The notes beneath the pieces are model-generated. The model ran no database searches. It was given only the letters and a program-made list of their open reading frames with translations, and was not told the origin of the DNA. Positions 1-11,302 of a stretch of 29,818 bases of DNA are shown in pieces. The position numbers and the translations under genes were made by a program. How positions within the stretch are numbered: the stretch's first letter is position 1; each line of letters starts with the position of its first letter. Origin of the DNA: Macrostomum lignano (Eukaryota); assembly GCA_002269645.1 (NCBI GenBank), contig NIVC01004969.1, forward strand, positions 1-29,818, given 5' to 3'.

Positions 1-605
1 CAGCACAGGGACCATCGACAGCACAGGGACCATCGGACAGGACAGGGACATCGGACAGCAGGACCATCGGACAGGACAGGGACCATCGGACAGCACAGGG
101 ACCATCGGACAGCACAGGGACCATCGGACAGCTCAGGGACCATCGGACAGCACAGGGACCATCGGACAGCTCTGGGACATCGGACAGCTCAGGGACCATC
201 GGACAGCTCAGAGACCATCGGACAGCTCAGGGACCATCGACAGCTCAGGGACCATCGGACAGCTCAGGGATTATCGGACTACAGCTCAGGGACCACCAGA
301 CAGCTCAGGGACCATCAGACAGCTCAGGGACCATCGGACAGCTCAGAGACCATCGGACAGCTCAGGGACCATCGACAGCTCAGGGACCATCGGACAGCTC
401 AGGGACCATCAGACAGCAGGGACCATCAGACAGCTCAGGGACCATCAGACAGCACAGGGACCATCGGACAGCTCAGGGACCATCAGACAGCTCAGGGACC
501 ATCGGACAGCACAGGGACCATCGGACAGCTCAGGGCCATCGGACAGCTCAGAGACCATCGGACAGCTCAGGGATTATCGACTACAGCTCAGGGACCACCA
601 GACCA
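1..605. repeat. 19-bp minisatellite (GGACAGCTCAGGGACCATC), about 30 copies, runs off window start
   Basis: Period 19 read directly, with c/a variants and small indels. Confidence 0.95.
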
Positions 606-702
606 GAGTCACGTATAGTTTTCCCTAGCTAAAACTCACAAAGAAAAACAATTTTAAGGCAACAATGTTATCAATATACAGAGGCCGAGCTGTGCTGGAA
701 TG

Positions 703-1387
703 TCAGTGGTTATGCTGGCCGTGCACCCGGAGCATGTGCTCCTGAACTTGTGCTGACATTCGGCTGACAGATCCCGCCTGTCAGTCTCCATGTAGGCCAT
801 GCGGAACAGCACCAAGAAACTAGCAGGTGCAGCAGGACAGTGTAGCCGAAAGCCACAGCCCGGGCAGTCCGACTGCCCAGAATCAGGCGGCCGATGCTCA
901 GCGTCAGCTTGTCATGCGGTCGCAGTTCGGCAATCTTTCGTTCCCGTTCCCGACGGCTGAACTTGGCGAACGGATCCAATCGGGTCTCGTAGGCCTCCGA
1001 GTAGCCGCTAAACTCGCCGCCGCTGCCAGATTCAGGCTCGCGCTGATGCTGCTGCTCGCCCGCCTGGTAGGACTGCAGGAAGCGGATCTTCTCGTACAGC
1101 TTGACGTTGTCGGAGCGGACTTTGTCCAGCTCGGTGCGCAGCACTCCCAGCTGCTGCTGCTGGGCCACGGCGGCCACCTCGAGCTCTTGGGCTCGAGCCC
1201 TGTACCGCTCTCGCTGGCTTTGCACTATGCTCAATAGGGAGGCGTCCTGCGGCGCAGTGTCCGGCTGGCCGCCTGACAGCACGCTGGCCAGAGCCTCCGC
1301 CTCTGAGCTGGGCTGCTGTTGCTGCTCCTGCAGCTGTTGCTGGTGCTGCTTTTGCTGCTGAGCCTGACCGCCGGAGCCTTCCTCGCC
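703..1387 (-). CDS. CUX1: CASP exon 5 (CASP C-terminal domain and TM); needs two +1 corrections near 819 and 743; stop TGA at 703-705
   Basis: Acceptor ttcccAG at 1389-1388. Corrected tail LVFLVLFRMAYMETDRRDLSAECQHKF(Q)EHMLRVHGQHNH* resembles human LVFLVLYKLAWSESMERDCATFCAKKFADHLHKFH. Confidence 0.85.
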
Positions 1388-4300
1388 CTGGGAATTCAAT
1401 AAATTGTGTCTGCTAGCGGATAAGTAGAACTGACAGTAAAGCAGTAGGCAATTTGTAGGTTCTACAGAATAATCTACAGTAGAGTAGGCAAGAATCACAA
1501 CTCAGATGTCGGGAATGGAATTATCGAGCACAGCAGCAGATTCTGGACTAGGGTAGGTAGAATTAGGGGTAGAGTAGACTGGTGGGTAGAGTAGACAAGC
1601 GGGTAGACTGGTGGGCAGAGTAGACAAGCGGGTAGACTGGTGGGTAGAGTAGACAAGCGGGTAGAGTGGTGGGTAGAGCAGACAAGGGGTGGACTGGTGG
1701 GTAGAGTAGACAAGAGGGTTGACTGGTGGGTAGAGTAGACAAGCGGGTAGACTGGTGGGTAGAGTAGACAAGCGGGTAGACTGGTGGGTAGAGTAGACAA
1801 GCGGGTAGACTGGTGGGTAGAGTAGACAAGCGGGTAGAGTGGTGGGTAGAGCAGACAAGGGGTGGACTGGTGGGTAGAGTAGACAAGAGGGTTGACTGGT
1901 GGGTAGAGTAGACAAGCGGGTAGACTGGTGGGTAGAGTAGACAAGAGGGTTGACTGGTGGGTAGAGTAGATAAACGGGTAGACTGGCGGGTAGAGTAGAC
2001 AAGCGGGTAGAGTGGTGGGTAGAGCAGACAAGGGGGTGGACTGGTGGGTAGAGTAGACAAGCGGGTAGACTGGTGGGTAGAGTAGACAAGCGGGTAGACT
2101 GGTGGGTAGAGTAGACAAGCGGGTAGAGTAGTGGGTAGAGCAGAAGGGGGTGGACTGGTGGGTAGAGTAGACAAGAGGGTTGACTGGTGGGTAGAGTAGA
2201 TAAACGGGTAGACTGGCGGGTAGAGTAGGCAAGCGGGTAGGCTGGTGGGTAGAGTAGACAAGTAGACTGACCTCAGCAGCGCCGCGGAACATCGACGAGA
2301 ATGATTTCACCCGGCGCAGGTCCTCCTCCAGCTGCTCGGCCAGCTTGGCCTGTCTGGTGCAGTCGGCGCGCGCCTCGCCGAGTTCGCCGCTGAGCCGGCT
2401 GACTTCAGCTTGCAGGCGGTCGGCTCGAAGCCGCAGGCCGGCGGCCTCGCTTTGCAGAGTCCCGTTCTGGCGCAGCAGGCGCTCCTCCAGGCTGGCCGAG
2501 GCGGCCACCTCATCGGAATCGTCAGCCTCCTCGGAGGCGGCAAACTGCACGGACTGAAGGACGCGCAGCTCGCGCCGAATCTCGTCGTAGTCGCTCTGGT
2601 AGCGGAGGCGCTCCTCGGCGGTGGCCAACCGGCGGACCGTCTCGGCCAGCTGCGTCTCCAGGGCGGCGGTCTGCTGGGCTCGGGATTCGCGCAGCTCGTC
2701 AGCCGTTCGCTGCAGCCGCCTGCGGATGCGTAAAGTTTAGGGTTTCGAATGTAGGGTTCCAAGTTCGATTCTGAAATCAAGGGTCCCAAGTTCGAATCTA
2801 GAATCGAGGGTCCCGGGTTCGATTTTGGAATCGAGGGTCCCGAGTTCTAATCTGGAATCGAGGGTCCCAAGTTCGATTCTGGAATCGACGGTCCCAAGTT
2901 CGATTCTGGAATCGAGGGTCCCAAGTTCGAATCTGGAATCGAGGGCCCCGAGTTCGAATCTGGATCGAAGGTCCCAAGACTCCGAGTTCGAATCTGGAAT
3001 CGAGGGTCCCGAGTTCGATTCTGGAATCGAGGGTCCCAAGTTCGAATCTGGAATCGAGGGACTCAAGTAAGATTTTGGAATCGAGGGTCTTAAGTTCGAA
3101 TCGGGAATCGAGGGTCCAAAGTTCGACTCTGGAGTCGAGGGTCCCAAGTTTGAATCTGGAATCGAGGGCCCCGAGTTCGAATCTGGATCGAAGGTCCCAA
3201 GACTCCCGAGTTCGAATCTGGAATCGAGGGTCCCGAGTTCCTATCAAACTGTCGATGGGAGGCTCCCCAATCCCCACATCCTGAATCCCCATTCGTCTCA
3301 CCTGTTGTCATCGGCCAGCTGTGCCAGCTCCCGCTCCCGACTGGCCAGCTGGGCTTCCAGCTCCGCCCGTCTCAGTTGACCGGCTTCATCGGCTGCAGCG
3401 GCAGCGGCGGCTTCCGAGGCTCCACCGCTCGGCGACGCCCGCTGGCTGGCCAGGCGCTGACGGGCCGCAGTCAGCTCTTTCTCCAGCTGGGCGGCCCGCT
3501 CGTTGGCCCGTTCGGCGTCCTGGGCCAGCAGTTCGAATTCGTCTGTGCGGGCCGACTGCCTGTTGGCAAGGGGAGGGCGGGCGGAGGCTCCGGAATGCTC
3601 AGGCAACTGAAGCATCGAGAATATTCGATATTCAGACATCTGGAGCATTAGGAATATTCAAGGCACACGAAGCATCGGATATTGTAAAAAGGGAATCGAA
3701 GGTCCTAAGTTCGAATCGGGAATCGAGGGTCCCAAGTTCGAATCGGGAATCGAGGGTTCCAAGTTCGAATCGGGAATCGAGGGTCCCAAGTTCGAATCTG
3801 GAATTGAGAGTCCCAAGTTCGAATCGGGAATCGAGGGTCCCAAGTTCGAATCGGGAATCGAGGGTCCCAAGTTCGAATCTGGAATCGAGAGTCCCAAGTT
3901 CGAATCGGGAATCGAGGGTCCCAAGTTCGAATCTGGAATCGAGAGTCCCAATTTCGAATCGGGAATCGAGGGTCCAAGTTCGAATCGGGAATTGAGGGTC
4001 CTAAGTTCGAATCAAGGGTCCCAAGTTCGAATCGGGAATTGAGGGTCCTAAGTTCAAATCAAGGGTCCAAGTTCGAATCGGGAATGGAGGGTCCCAAGTT
4101 TGAATCAGAAATCAAGGACCCAAAAGGTTAAATCAGGAATCGAGGGTCCCAAAAAGTTCGAATCTGGAATTGAGGGTCCCAAGTTCGATCGGAACTTAAG
4201 TCCGAGGTACTAAAAACTGACTCGTGGCAAATAATTACCTATCGTCAAGCGCCTGCCGCAGGCTGGCAGCTTCGGCCCTCGCCGTGTCAAGCGCCGACTG

Positions 4301-6407
4301 CAGCTGGTTGGCCCGCTGCTCCGCTTCGCCAAGCCGCTGCGCCGCCTCCAGCTGTGCCGAGCTCAACTGTTTCGCCTTCTCGCCGTAGTCCAACGCCAGC
4401 TGGCGCTCCCGATCCCGTACGCAGTTGGCCACGCGAGATTCCACGGATTCTTCCAGCTCGCGAAGACGCTCCCGCAGCTGCTTGACGGTCACCTCCTGGT
4501 TGCGTACCTGTGCTCGGCGAAACATGGAAGGAATTAGGATCTGATATCTGTGGCACCTCAGTAATATCCAGGACACCCAGTCTGAAGCATATCCAGGACA
4601 CCCAGTCTGAAGCATATCCAGGACACCCAGTCTGAAGCATATCCAGGACACCCAGTCTGAAGCATATCCAGGACACCCAGTCTGAAGCATATCCAGGACA
4701 CCCAGTCTGAAGCATATCCAGGACACCCAGTCTGAAGCATATCCAGGACACCCAGTCTGAAGCATATCCAGGACACCCTGAAGCATATCCAGGACACCCT
4801 GAAGCATATCCAGCACACCCTGAAGCATATCCAGCACACCCTGAAGCATATCCAGCACACCCTGAAGCATATCCAGGACACCCAGTCTGAAGCATATCCA
4901 GGACACCTAGTCTGAAGCATATCCAGGACACCCAGTCTGAAGCATATCCAGGACACCCAGTTTGAAGCATATCCAGGACACCGAGTCTGAAGCATATCCA
5001 GGACACCCAGTCTGAAGCATATCCAGGACACCTAGTCTGAAGCATATCCAGGACACCCAGTCTGAAGCATATCCAGGACACCCAGTCTGAAGCATATCCA
5101 GGACACCCAGTCTGAGGCATATCCAGGACACCCAGTCTGAAGCATATCCAGGACACCCTGAAGCATATCCAGGACACCCTGAAGCATATCCAGCACACCC
5201 TGAAGCATATCCAGCACACCCTGAAGCATATCCAGGACACCCAGTCTGAAGCATATCCAGGACACCTAGTCGGAAGCATATCCAGGACACCCAGTCTGAA
5301 GCATATCCAGGACACCCAGTTTGAAGCATATCCAGGACACCCAGTCTGAAGCATATCCAGGACACCCAGTCTGAAGCATATCCAGGACACCCAGTCTGAA
5401 GCATATCCAGGACCCCAGTCTGAAGCATATCCAGGACACCCAGTCTGAAGCATATCCAGGACCCCAGTCTGAAGCATATCCAGGACACCCAGTCTGAAGC
5501 ATATCCAGGACCCCAGTCTGAAGCATATCCAGGACACCCAGTCTGAAGCATATCCAGGACACCCTGAAGCATATCCAGGACACCCAGTCTGAAGCATATC
5601 CAGGACACCCAGTCTGAAGCATATCCAGGACACCCTGAAGCATATCCAGGACACCCAGTCTGAAGCATATCCAGGACACCCAGTCTGAAGCATATCCAGG
5701 ACACCCTGAAGCATATCCAGGACACCCTGAAGCATATCCGGGACACCCACCCTGAAGCATATCCAGGACACCCAGTCTGAAGCATATCCAGGACACCCAG
5801 TCTGAAGCATATCCGGGACACCCAGTCTGAAGCATATCCGGGACACCCAGTCTGAAGCATATCCAGGACACCCAGTCTGAAGCATACCCAGAACACCCTG
5901 AAGAATATTCAATGCCTCGAACTACACCCAGAACACCTTGAAGCCCTCTATAAGAATCCCCCACTATCATCAGCCGGCACCCACCTCGGCAAACTCGGCA
6001 TTGTACTCGGTCAGCCTATCGCGCAGCTGTTTGTTCTCAATCTCGAGGTCGCTGCACCGCTGCACCCGTTTCTGCATGCCAGCCAGGTGGTCAAATGCCG
6101 GCGCCGGGTCCGGCAGGTCGATCAGTTTCTGATAGACACTTAAAAATGCGGCCTCAGCCTGTTTGGCCCGCTTAGACAGGCTGTCAACTTCGGCTTGGAA
6201 GCTTTTCAACAGAGGAGCGACGGCTTTGCGAACCTCGGCCGCTGTGCCGGCTTTGAATTCACGGCTGAGTTCCACTAGGCGCTTCCTGCCCGCGTCGCCT
6301 GCGTCCTGCTGGCTGGCGATGTCGGCCGCTGTGGCGTCCAGCTCCTGTTTCACCTGCTCGAAGCTGGTGCCACGCCAGGCGGACAGAACCGACTGCACTA
6401 GCGACAT
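703..6407 (-). CDS. CUX1: Protein CASP (CUX1-family Golgi coiled-coil tether with C-terminal TM anchor), 5 exons: 5985-6407, 4239-4507, 3302-3559, 2272-2719, 703-1387
   Basis: Exon translations follow human CASP in order: ELDATA..RKRL.E.SREFK..VAPLLKSFQAEVDSLSKR.K.AEAAFL.VY..LID.PDP; V.NQEVT; ERAN.RA; Q.DY.E...EL.VL; SLLSIV.SQRER.RAR.QELE; DN.KLYEKIRFLQSY; YE.RLDPF..FS.RER; TLS.GRL.L...AR...F.Y...LH.LVF. All four introns are GT..AG with matching phases (0,2,2,0). Confidence 0.93.
1567..2268. repeat. 29-bp intronic minisatellite (TAGACAAGCGGGTAGACTGGTGGGTAGAG), about 24 copies
   Basis: Period 29 seen directly; fills CASP intron 4. Confidence 0.95.
2272..2719 (-). CDS. CUX1: CASP exon 4 (coiled coil)
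   Basis: ccgcAG acceptor at 2721-2720, GAG|GTCAGT donor; encodes LRYQSDYDEIRRELRVL and LEERLLRQNGTLQSE. Confidence 0.88.
2750..3245. repeat. 27-bp intronic minisatellite (GGAATCGAGGGTCCCAAGTTCGAATCT), CASP intron 3
   Basis: Period 27; explains the GPSIPDSNL-type ORFs. Confidence 0.93.
3302..3559 (-). CDS. CUX1: CASP exon 3
   Basis: caacAG acceptor, AG|GTGAGA donor; QSARTDEFELLAQDAERANERA and ELEAQLASRERELAQL. Confidence 0.88.
3690..4200. repeat. 27-bp minisatellite, same family and orientation as 2750-3245, CASP intron 2
   Basis: Unit GGAATCGAGGGTCCCAAGTTCGAATC(G/T). Confidence 0.93.
4239..4507 (-). CDS. CUX1: CASP exon 2
   Basis: gcacAG acceptor, AG|GTAATT donor; VRNQEVTVKQLRERLRELE. Confidence 0.9.
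4563..5925. repeat. 25/21/24-bp mixed minisatellite (GAAGCATATCCAGGACACCC[AGTC]T), more than 50 units, CASP intron 1
   Basis: Read directly; source of all LGVLDMLQ/CPGYASD ORFs. Confidence 0.95.
5985..6407 (-). CDS. CUX1: CASP exon 1 (N-terminal domain, 141 codons)
   Basis: ATG at 6407, donor GAG|GTGGGT; strong match to the CUX1/CASP N-terminus. Confidence 0.93.
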
Positions 6408-6554
6408 GGCTGAGCGCGCAGCGGTGGGAGCAATGATGAGTCTTGGTCTCTAATAGCATGTCTTGTATCTGGCTCTGGCCCAGCACAGGCTTTCTTATTG
6501 TGTCTACCTTAAAGTCTGCTTCAATGTGTTCTACTGTCTGCATTAGTGTCCTAT

Positions 6555-6857
6555 TGTCTGTCTAAATATGTCTTACTGTCTGTCTAAATGTGTCTTACTG
6601 TCTGTCTAAATGTGTCTTACTGTCTGTCTAAATATGTCTTACTGTCTGTCTAAATGTGTCTTACTGTCTGTCTAAATGTGTCTTACTGTCTGTCTAAATG
6701 TGTCTTACTGTCTGTCTAAATGTGTCTTACTGTCTGTCTAAATATGTCTTACTGTCTGTCTAAATATGTCTTACTGTCTGTCTAAATGTGTCTTACTGTC
6801 TGTCTAAATGTGTCTTACTGTCTGTCTAAATGTGTCTTACTGTCTGTCTAAATGTGT
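6555..6857. repeat. 22-bp minisatellite (TGTCTTACTGTCTGTCTAAATG), about 13 copies
   Basis: Period 22 seen directly, 5' of the CASP start. Confidence 0.93.
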
Positions 6858-6985
6858 CTCAGCTTTCATACCGGAGACTGTGCTCAGCTTCATACCGGAG
6901 ACTGTGCTCAGCTTCATACCGGAGACTGTGCTCAGCTTCATACCGGAGACTGTGCTCAGCTTCATACTGGAGACTGTGCTTAGCT
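6858..6985. repeat. 24-bp minisatellite (CTCAGCTTCATACCGGAGACTGTG), 5 copies
   Basis: Abuts the 22-bp array; translates as SFIPETVL repeats. Confidence 0.92.
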
Positions 6986-7753
6986 TTACTTCAATTTCAA
7001 TTAAAATTCTTGATACTTCTTGAAGTTATTTACATAAACTTCTTAATTTTAGAATTTGATTAAAATGTTTAAATAAGAATAATAAAAAATATTTAATAAG
7101 CAAGTATGAATAAAACTAGGCAAATTTATTGTGCAAAAATTTATTGCAAAATAGACAAATACATAAAAAATAAAGGAGTATAGAACGGCGTCAATCAACA
7201 TACACTTAGTACAAAGATCAAGCTAGTTCAAGAAGCGCATCTAATATCCTACAAAAATAACAAAAAAAATATAATCCTTACTTACACACAGGAAAATGAA
7301 AAATTTCTAAAAAAGCATTAGGCGCTTAAATAGATGCAGAGGAAAAAATAAGATAGATAGTGCGTCTTATTAATAATTTACCATTATTACTGTACTACTC
7401 AGCAGCTGTAAGATGTGAGTAGTATATAAATAAATAACTAACTAGATTGAAATAAAATCGGGAGAATTTACATGAGAAGCAGCTCAGCGTGACTAGATGA
7501 AGTTGTACAAGACGAAATCAAATGACTTCAAAATCGTTCTTTAAACCATAATGTAGCTGTTATAAGCTCATATATATACATATATCCTCTTGCACATCAG
7601 CAATGGCTGACGTACTGTTCTAGGAAAAACAATTTTTAATAAGCACAACGACAATGATACGACAGAACATTTTTGCAACAGTTAGGCATTGTAAAGTGTC
7701 ATGGTTACGCTTACTCCTATCGTTTAGCTTGATAAACAAGCATTAAAAATATT

Positions 7754-8200
7754 AATTAGATGACGAGGCATTTGCTAGCAGAAATTGAAGCTTTACCCTC
7801 GTAGCAATGAGATTTTGAGAAAATACGCTTCAGTGCAGCTAATTAGATGACGAGGCATTTGGCTACAAAACTCAAGCTTGCTGTTTACTTTCAAAGGTGT
7901 TTTTCCTAAACTTATAATTAATTAGATGACGAGGCATTTGGCTACAAAACTCAAGCTTGCCGTTTACTTTCAAAGGTGTTTTTCCTAAACTTATAATTAA
8001 TTAGATGACGAGGCATTTGGCTACAAAACTCAAGCTTGCTGTTTACTTTCAAATGTGTTTTTCCTAAACTTATAATTAATTAGATGACGAAGCGATAGAA
8101 GTCATAGTTACTCCCGCCGTTTACTCTTAAAATAGACGTAGATGTAGATAAGAGTAGAAAACTAATTAGACGACGAGGTAATAAAGTTCATAGTTACTCT
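7754..8200. repeat. 79-bp tandem repeat: 3 near-identical copies (starts 7841, 7920, 7999) plus diverged or partial copies at 7754, 8078 and 8164
   Basis: AATTAGATGACGAGGCATTTGGCTACAAAACTCAAG... recurs every 79 nt. Confidence 0.88.
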
Positions 8201-8215
8201 CGCCGTTTACCCTTT

Positions 8216-8920
8216 TTAAATACACAGAACCGATGGGCCCTCATTTCGGCCTTTCTTTTTGTTAGTTCCATTGTTAAGCACCGCGCAAGCAACCGCGGTT
8301 TCCATAGTTTTTTCAGCTTCACCTTCACCATAGATGCTTTCCAGTTTAGAGCTGGCTGCACCGCAACAGCAGCAGCGCAATAGCTGAGCCACAGTTGCCA
8401 GTCCGCCAATAGCCACAGCGACCAGAGCGGCGGCATAGCCAGCGGACACTGTGGACAGTCTGGCATGGACAAGCTGGCCAAATGAATTGTCACTACTAGC
8501 CAAGCTAACAGGGCCACCAGCGACATTGCTGGCTGAGCTACTAACATTACTAGCTAATGCTGGCAGCCGAATATATCCACAATAGCCAGCAGCGGAGGCC
8601 AGCGCAGGCGAGTCCGGATAAACAGCCGGCGCCAGCAGCAGGACGCATGGCAGGGCGGTCAGCAGGGCCGCCGCATTGCATGCCAGTCGAAGTCGCAGTC
8701 GACAATTGCCGCTGTCACGGCTATTGAAGCAGGCAGTAAGGAAGCCGGCCAGCACAAGCAGCAGGCCGCAAACTAATCCCAGGCCGAAGAATCCAACTCC
8801 ATTAGTCACTAAGCTAACAATAGCGTCAATAAACAGTAGGCTGAGACCGGCAACAATTTGAATGGTGCTTAAGCAGAAATTCAGGCGACGATCGCAGTTG
8901 GTGCTGAGCAGGACTCGCAT
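8216..8920 (-). CDS. Intronless 234-aa four-pass membrane protein, possibly CD20/MS4A-like
   Basis: GC-rich ORF in AT-rich flanks. Four hydrophobic segments (IQIVAGLSLLFI; GLGLVCGLLLVLAGFL; AAALLTALPCVLLL; YAAALVAVAIGGLA), long TM3-TM4 loop, CCCC after TM4. Family assignment is tentative. Confidence 0.6.
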   Translation of the reverse strand: MRVLLSTNCDRRLNFCLSTIQIVAGLSLLFIDAIVSLVTNGVGFFGLGLVCGLLLVLAGFLTACFNSRDSGNCRLRLRLACNAAALLTALPCVLLLAPAVYPDSPALASAAGYCGYIRLPALASNVSSSASNVAGGPVSLASSDNSFGQLVHARLSTVSAGYAAALVAVAIGGLATVAQLLRCCCCGAASSKLESIYGEGEAEKTMETAVACAVLNNGTNKKKGRNEGPSVLCI

Positions 8921-10475
8921 GCCGATTTATTTGCTTATTGCCAATTGCACCATGAAATCAACCGAAATGCAAGCTCATTTGATTAATAAATACTTAAGCA
9001 ACTTTGTATGTAAAACCATGAAATCTAGTCATAGTATTATTATTAACCATTAGACAAGAGTCTATCTAAATTTCATGACTGCAACTACTAATGAATAATA
9101 TATAATGCATCAAGGTTATTGCTCGTATTTCCATTTTTATAGATAATTATTAGAAAAGATATTTGTTGAAAAATAAAACAATATACAATAGCCAATAACA
9201 AATATATCTAGGCAAAGGCTAATAGATAGATTATTATATATAAATTTTTGAATGCTTGGGAAATATATACTATATTATTTTATGCATATATTGATAATTT
9301 TGCTAGGTGAATTAATACTATACTACCCACATGACAACTCATCTGGCTACAATTGTTTTTTTATCTGGCAGTGCAATGTATTTCTACCATTTAAAAACAG
9401 GAGAAAACCAAAAATTTTGTCCACAAACCAGATAAAATTGTTTCATGTTTCTGGTTTCACCTGGAATGGAATCCAGTATATATCCAGAAATATATCCAAT
9501 TTGCAACTAGTGAAAGAGTAGAAAAATACTGTAGTAATTCTGGATAAAAACTAGACAATTGTCCTATCACTAGAGGAATTCCAGATTAAAATTTGGGCCA
9601 AATGTGCAACTCAGTTGATGGGTGCATGCAGACCAATATATATTTGTGTTATCTATTTATAAAGATAGGAAAGAAAGCAAGATTACTAAAGACAGAAATT
9701 GAAATTCTAAAGGTAATAAAAATCTTTAAAAGATTTTCAAAGAGTAGCTGTGGTTCACAGTATTTGAAATTATATTTAGATATAGATAATATAATATAAT
9801 AAAATAATATATTTTATTATATTATATTATATTATATTATATTAATAATATTAATATATTATTAATTAAAGGGAAATAAATATAATTACAATTATAATTT
9901 CAAAAAATAATTAGTATAATATACCATTTTAAAGGACAAACAAAATCTATACCTAGCATAATAATAATCCTATATACTAAAATAGCAAAACAAAAACTGT
10001 TGAATGAATATTTTTTTGTTGTTTTAATCCCTATTGGAATAAATTTTGAAAATGTGTGGACATGTTAAGGGTCCAGCAAAAATACACCAAGGGGTCACTC
10101 TCTAAGGTACATAGGCCCCATCAAAGGGTCACCAAGTGTGCCGAGGGTGTAGGAGGCATTGCAACAATAAAGGATCTTTTTGCAGCAACAATAAAGAATC
10201 TTTTTTGGTACTCTACATTGCTTTGGCAGTGGTAGTATACCAAAAAAGTAGCATTGCTATGCAGAGCATGCCAAATTTTGCTTACTTTTTTACTTTTTAA
10301 TGTTTAGGCCATTCTGTGCATACACATTTTAACATGGATTCCAAGCATGCCAAGTATTACACTACATTGAACTATACTGCCTTACAAAGAAAATGTGCCA
10401 TGCTGCAAGGTCATTTTGAAAATGCACTAGATGGCTATCTACCATTTAGCAACTTATTCCAATAGGGGTTGTAGT

Positions 10476-11020
10476 TACAAGTGATGATCAAAAAGTTTTG
10501 CAACCTCTTGTTATAGCTTTTAGTTATAAAATTGGCAAAAGCCAAAAACTTACACATATGCCGCTATATCTGTTTGCTATATTTATATGCATTTTTGGCT
10601 TCCAAATATGCTCCAGTCAAATTTCATAGCCATATTTTTTCTATGTGTTTTTATTAGCTGATGGAACCATAAAATACTCTATGAAATGCTTCTATATCTT
10701 TATGCCTATGCAACTTGGCTGCAGAGTGACTGAGATTCATACCAATCTAGTGAATGTTTTAGCTGACTGTTCTATCATTTGACATGTTTGCCCATTGGTT
10801 GCACCATTTTTCAGAAGGCCAGGACAGCTTCAACGATGAACTGAGGTCTGGCCAACCCTGGGCATCTATGACCAATGTTGTGGCCTATGCTAATGCAAAA
10901 ATTTGTGAGGATTGGAGCACTATGCTGAGATTCCTTGCTTATAAGCTTAGTGTCAGCTATGGAAGTGCTCATAACATCATGCATAAGCAACTAGGCCACA
11001 CAGAGCTGCACTTGGTGGGT
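10476..11020 (+). mobile_element. Degenerate mariner transposon, 5' fragment (left TIR and transposase N-terminal HTH region)
   Basis: TA followed by CAAGTGATGATCAAAAAGTTTTGCAACC (TIR-like). TEIHTNLVNV, then HFSEGQDSFNDELRSGQP..LAYKLSVSYGSAHNIMHKQLG match mariner F.EG.....D..RSGRP..LA..L.IS.GS.H.I.H..LG. Truncated near the WVP motif; no right TIR. Confidence 0.75.
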
Positions 11021-11302
11021 AGGCCTACCCTATCTTTTTACTCTAGAGCAGCAAGCAGAAGATGCACAAGACCCTAGCTAGATGTAAACTCTATCTTTAA
11101 TCTAAGACTATAAGTTATATAGGCCCCAATAAATAAAAACAAGGTAGTTGTTATTATTATAGTGACTATACAAATACTGAAATAGCGCAACATTATTTTT
11201 ATGGTTATCACATAATAAATACCACAAACTTATAGTGCAAATAGTAAGAGGCTGTTAAGTTTAAAGCCTAAAAGCCTAAACGCAATAGTCAATAGTGAAT
11301 AG

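Noticed and set aside
1495-5970. Many long ORFs (up to 541 aa) such as STHQSTRL, GPSIPDSNL and LGVLDMLQ repeats
   Set aside because: Translations of intronic minisatellites, open in several frames at once; not genes.
703-6407. Calling the gene a CUX1 homeobox factor or a caspase
   Set aside because: No CUT or homeodomain sequence; CASP here means the Golgi coiled-coil protein, not a caspase.
827-6453. Plus-strand ORFs 827-1237, 1101-1361, 2345-2733, 3321-3995 and 6163-6453
   Set aside because: Antisense shadows of GC-rich CASP exons.
9252-9900. Short ORFs 9252-9521 and 9593-9799, and an extremely AT-rich tract
   Set aside because: Low-complexity AT-rich DNA with no motif or coding signature.
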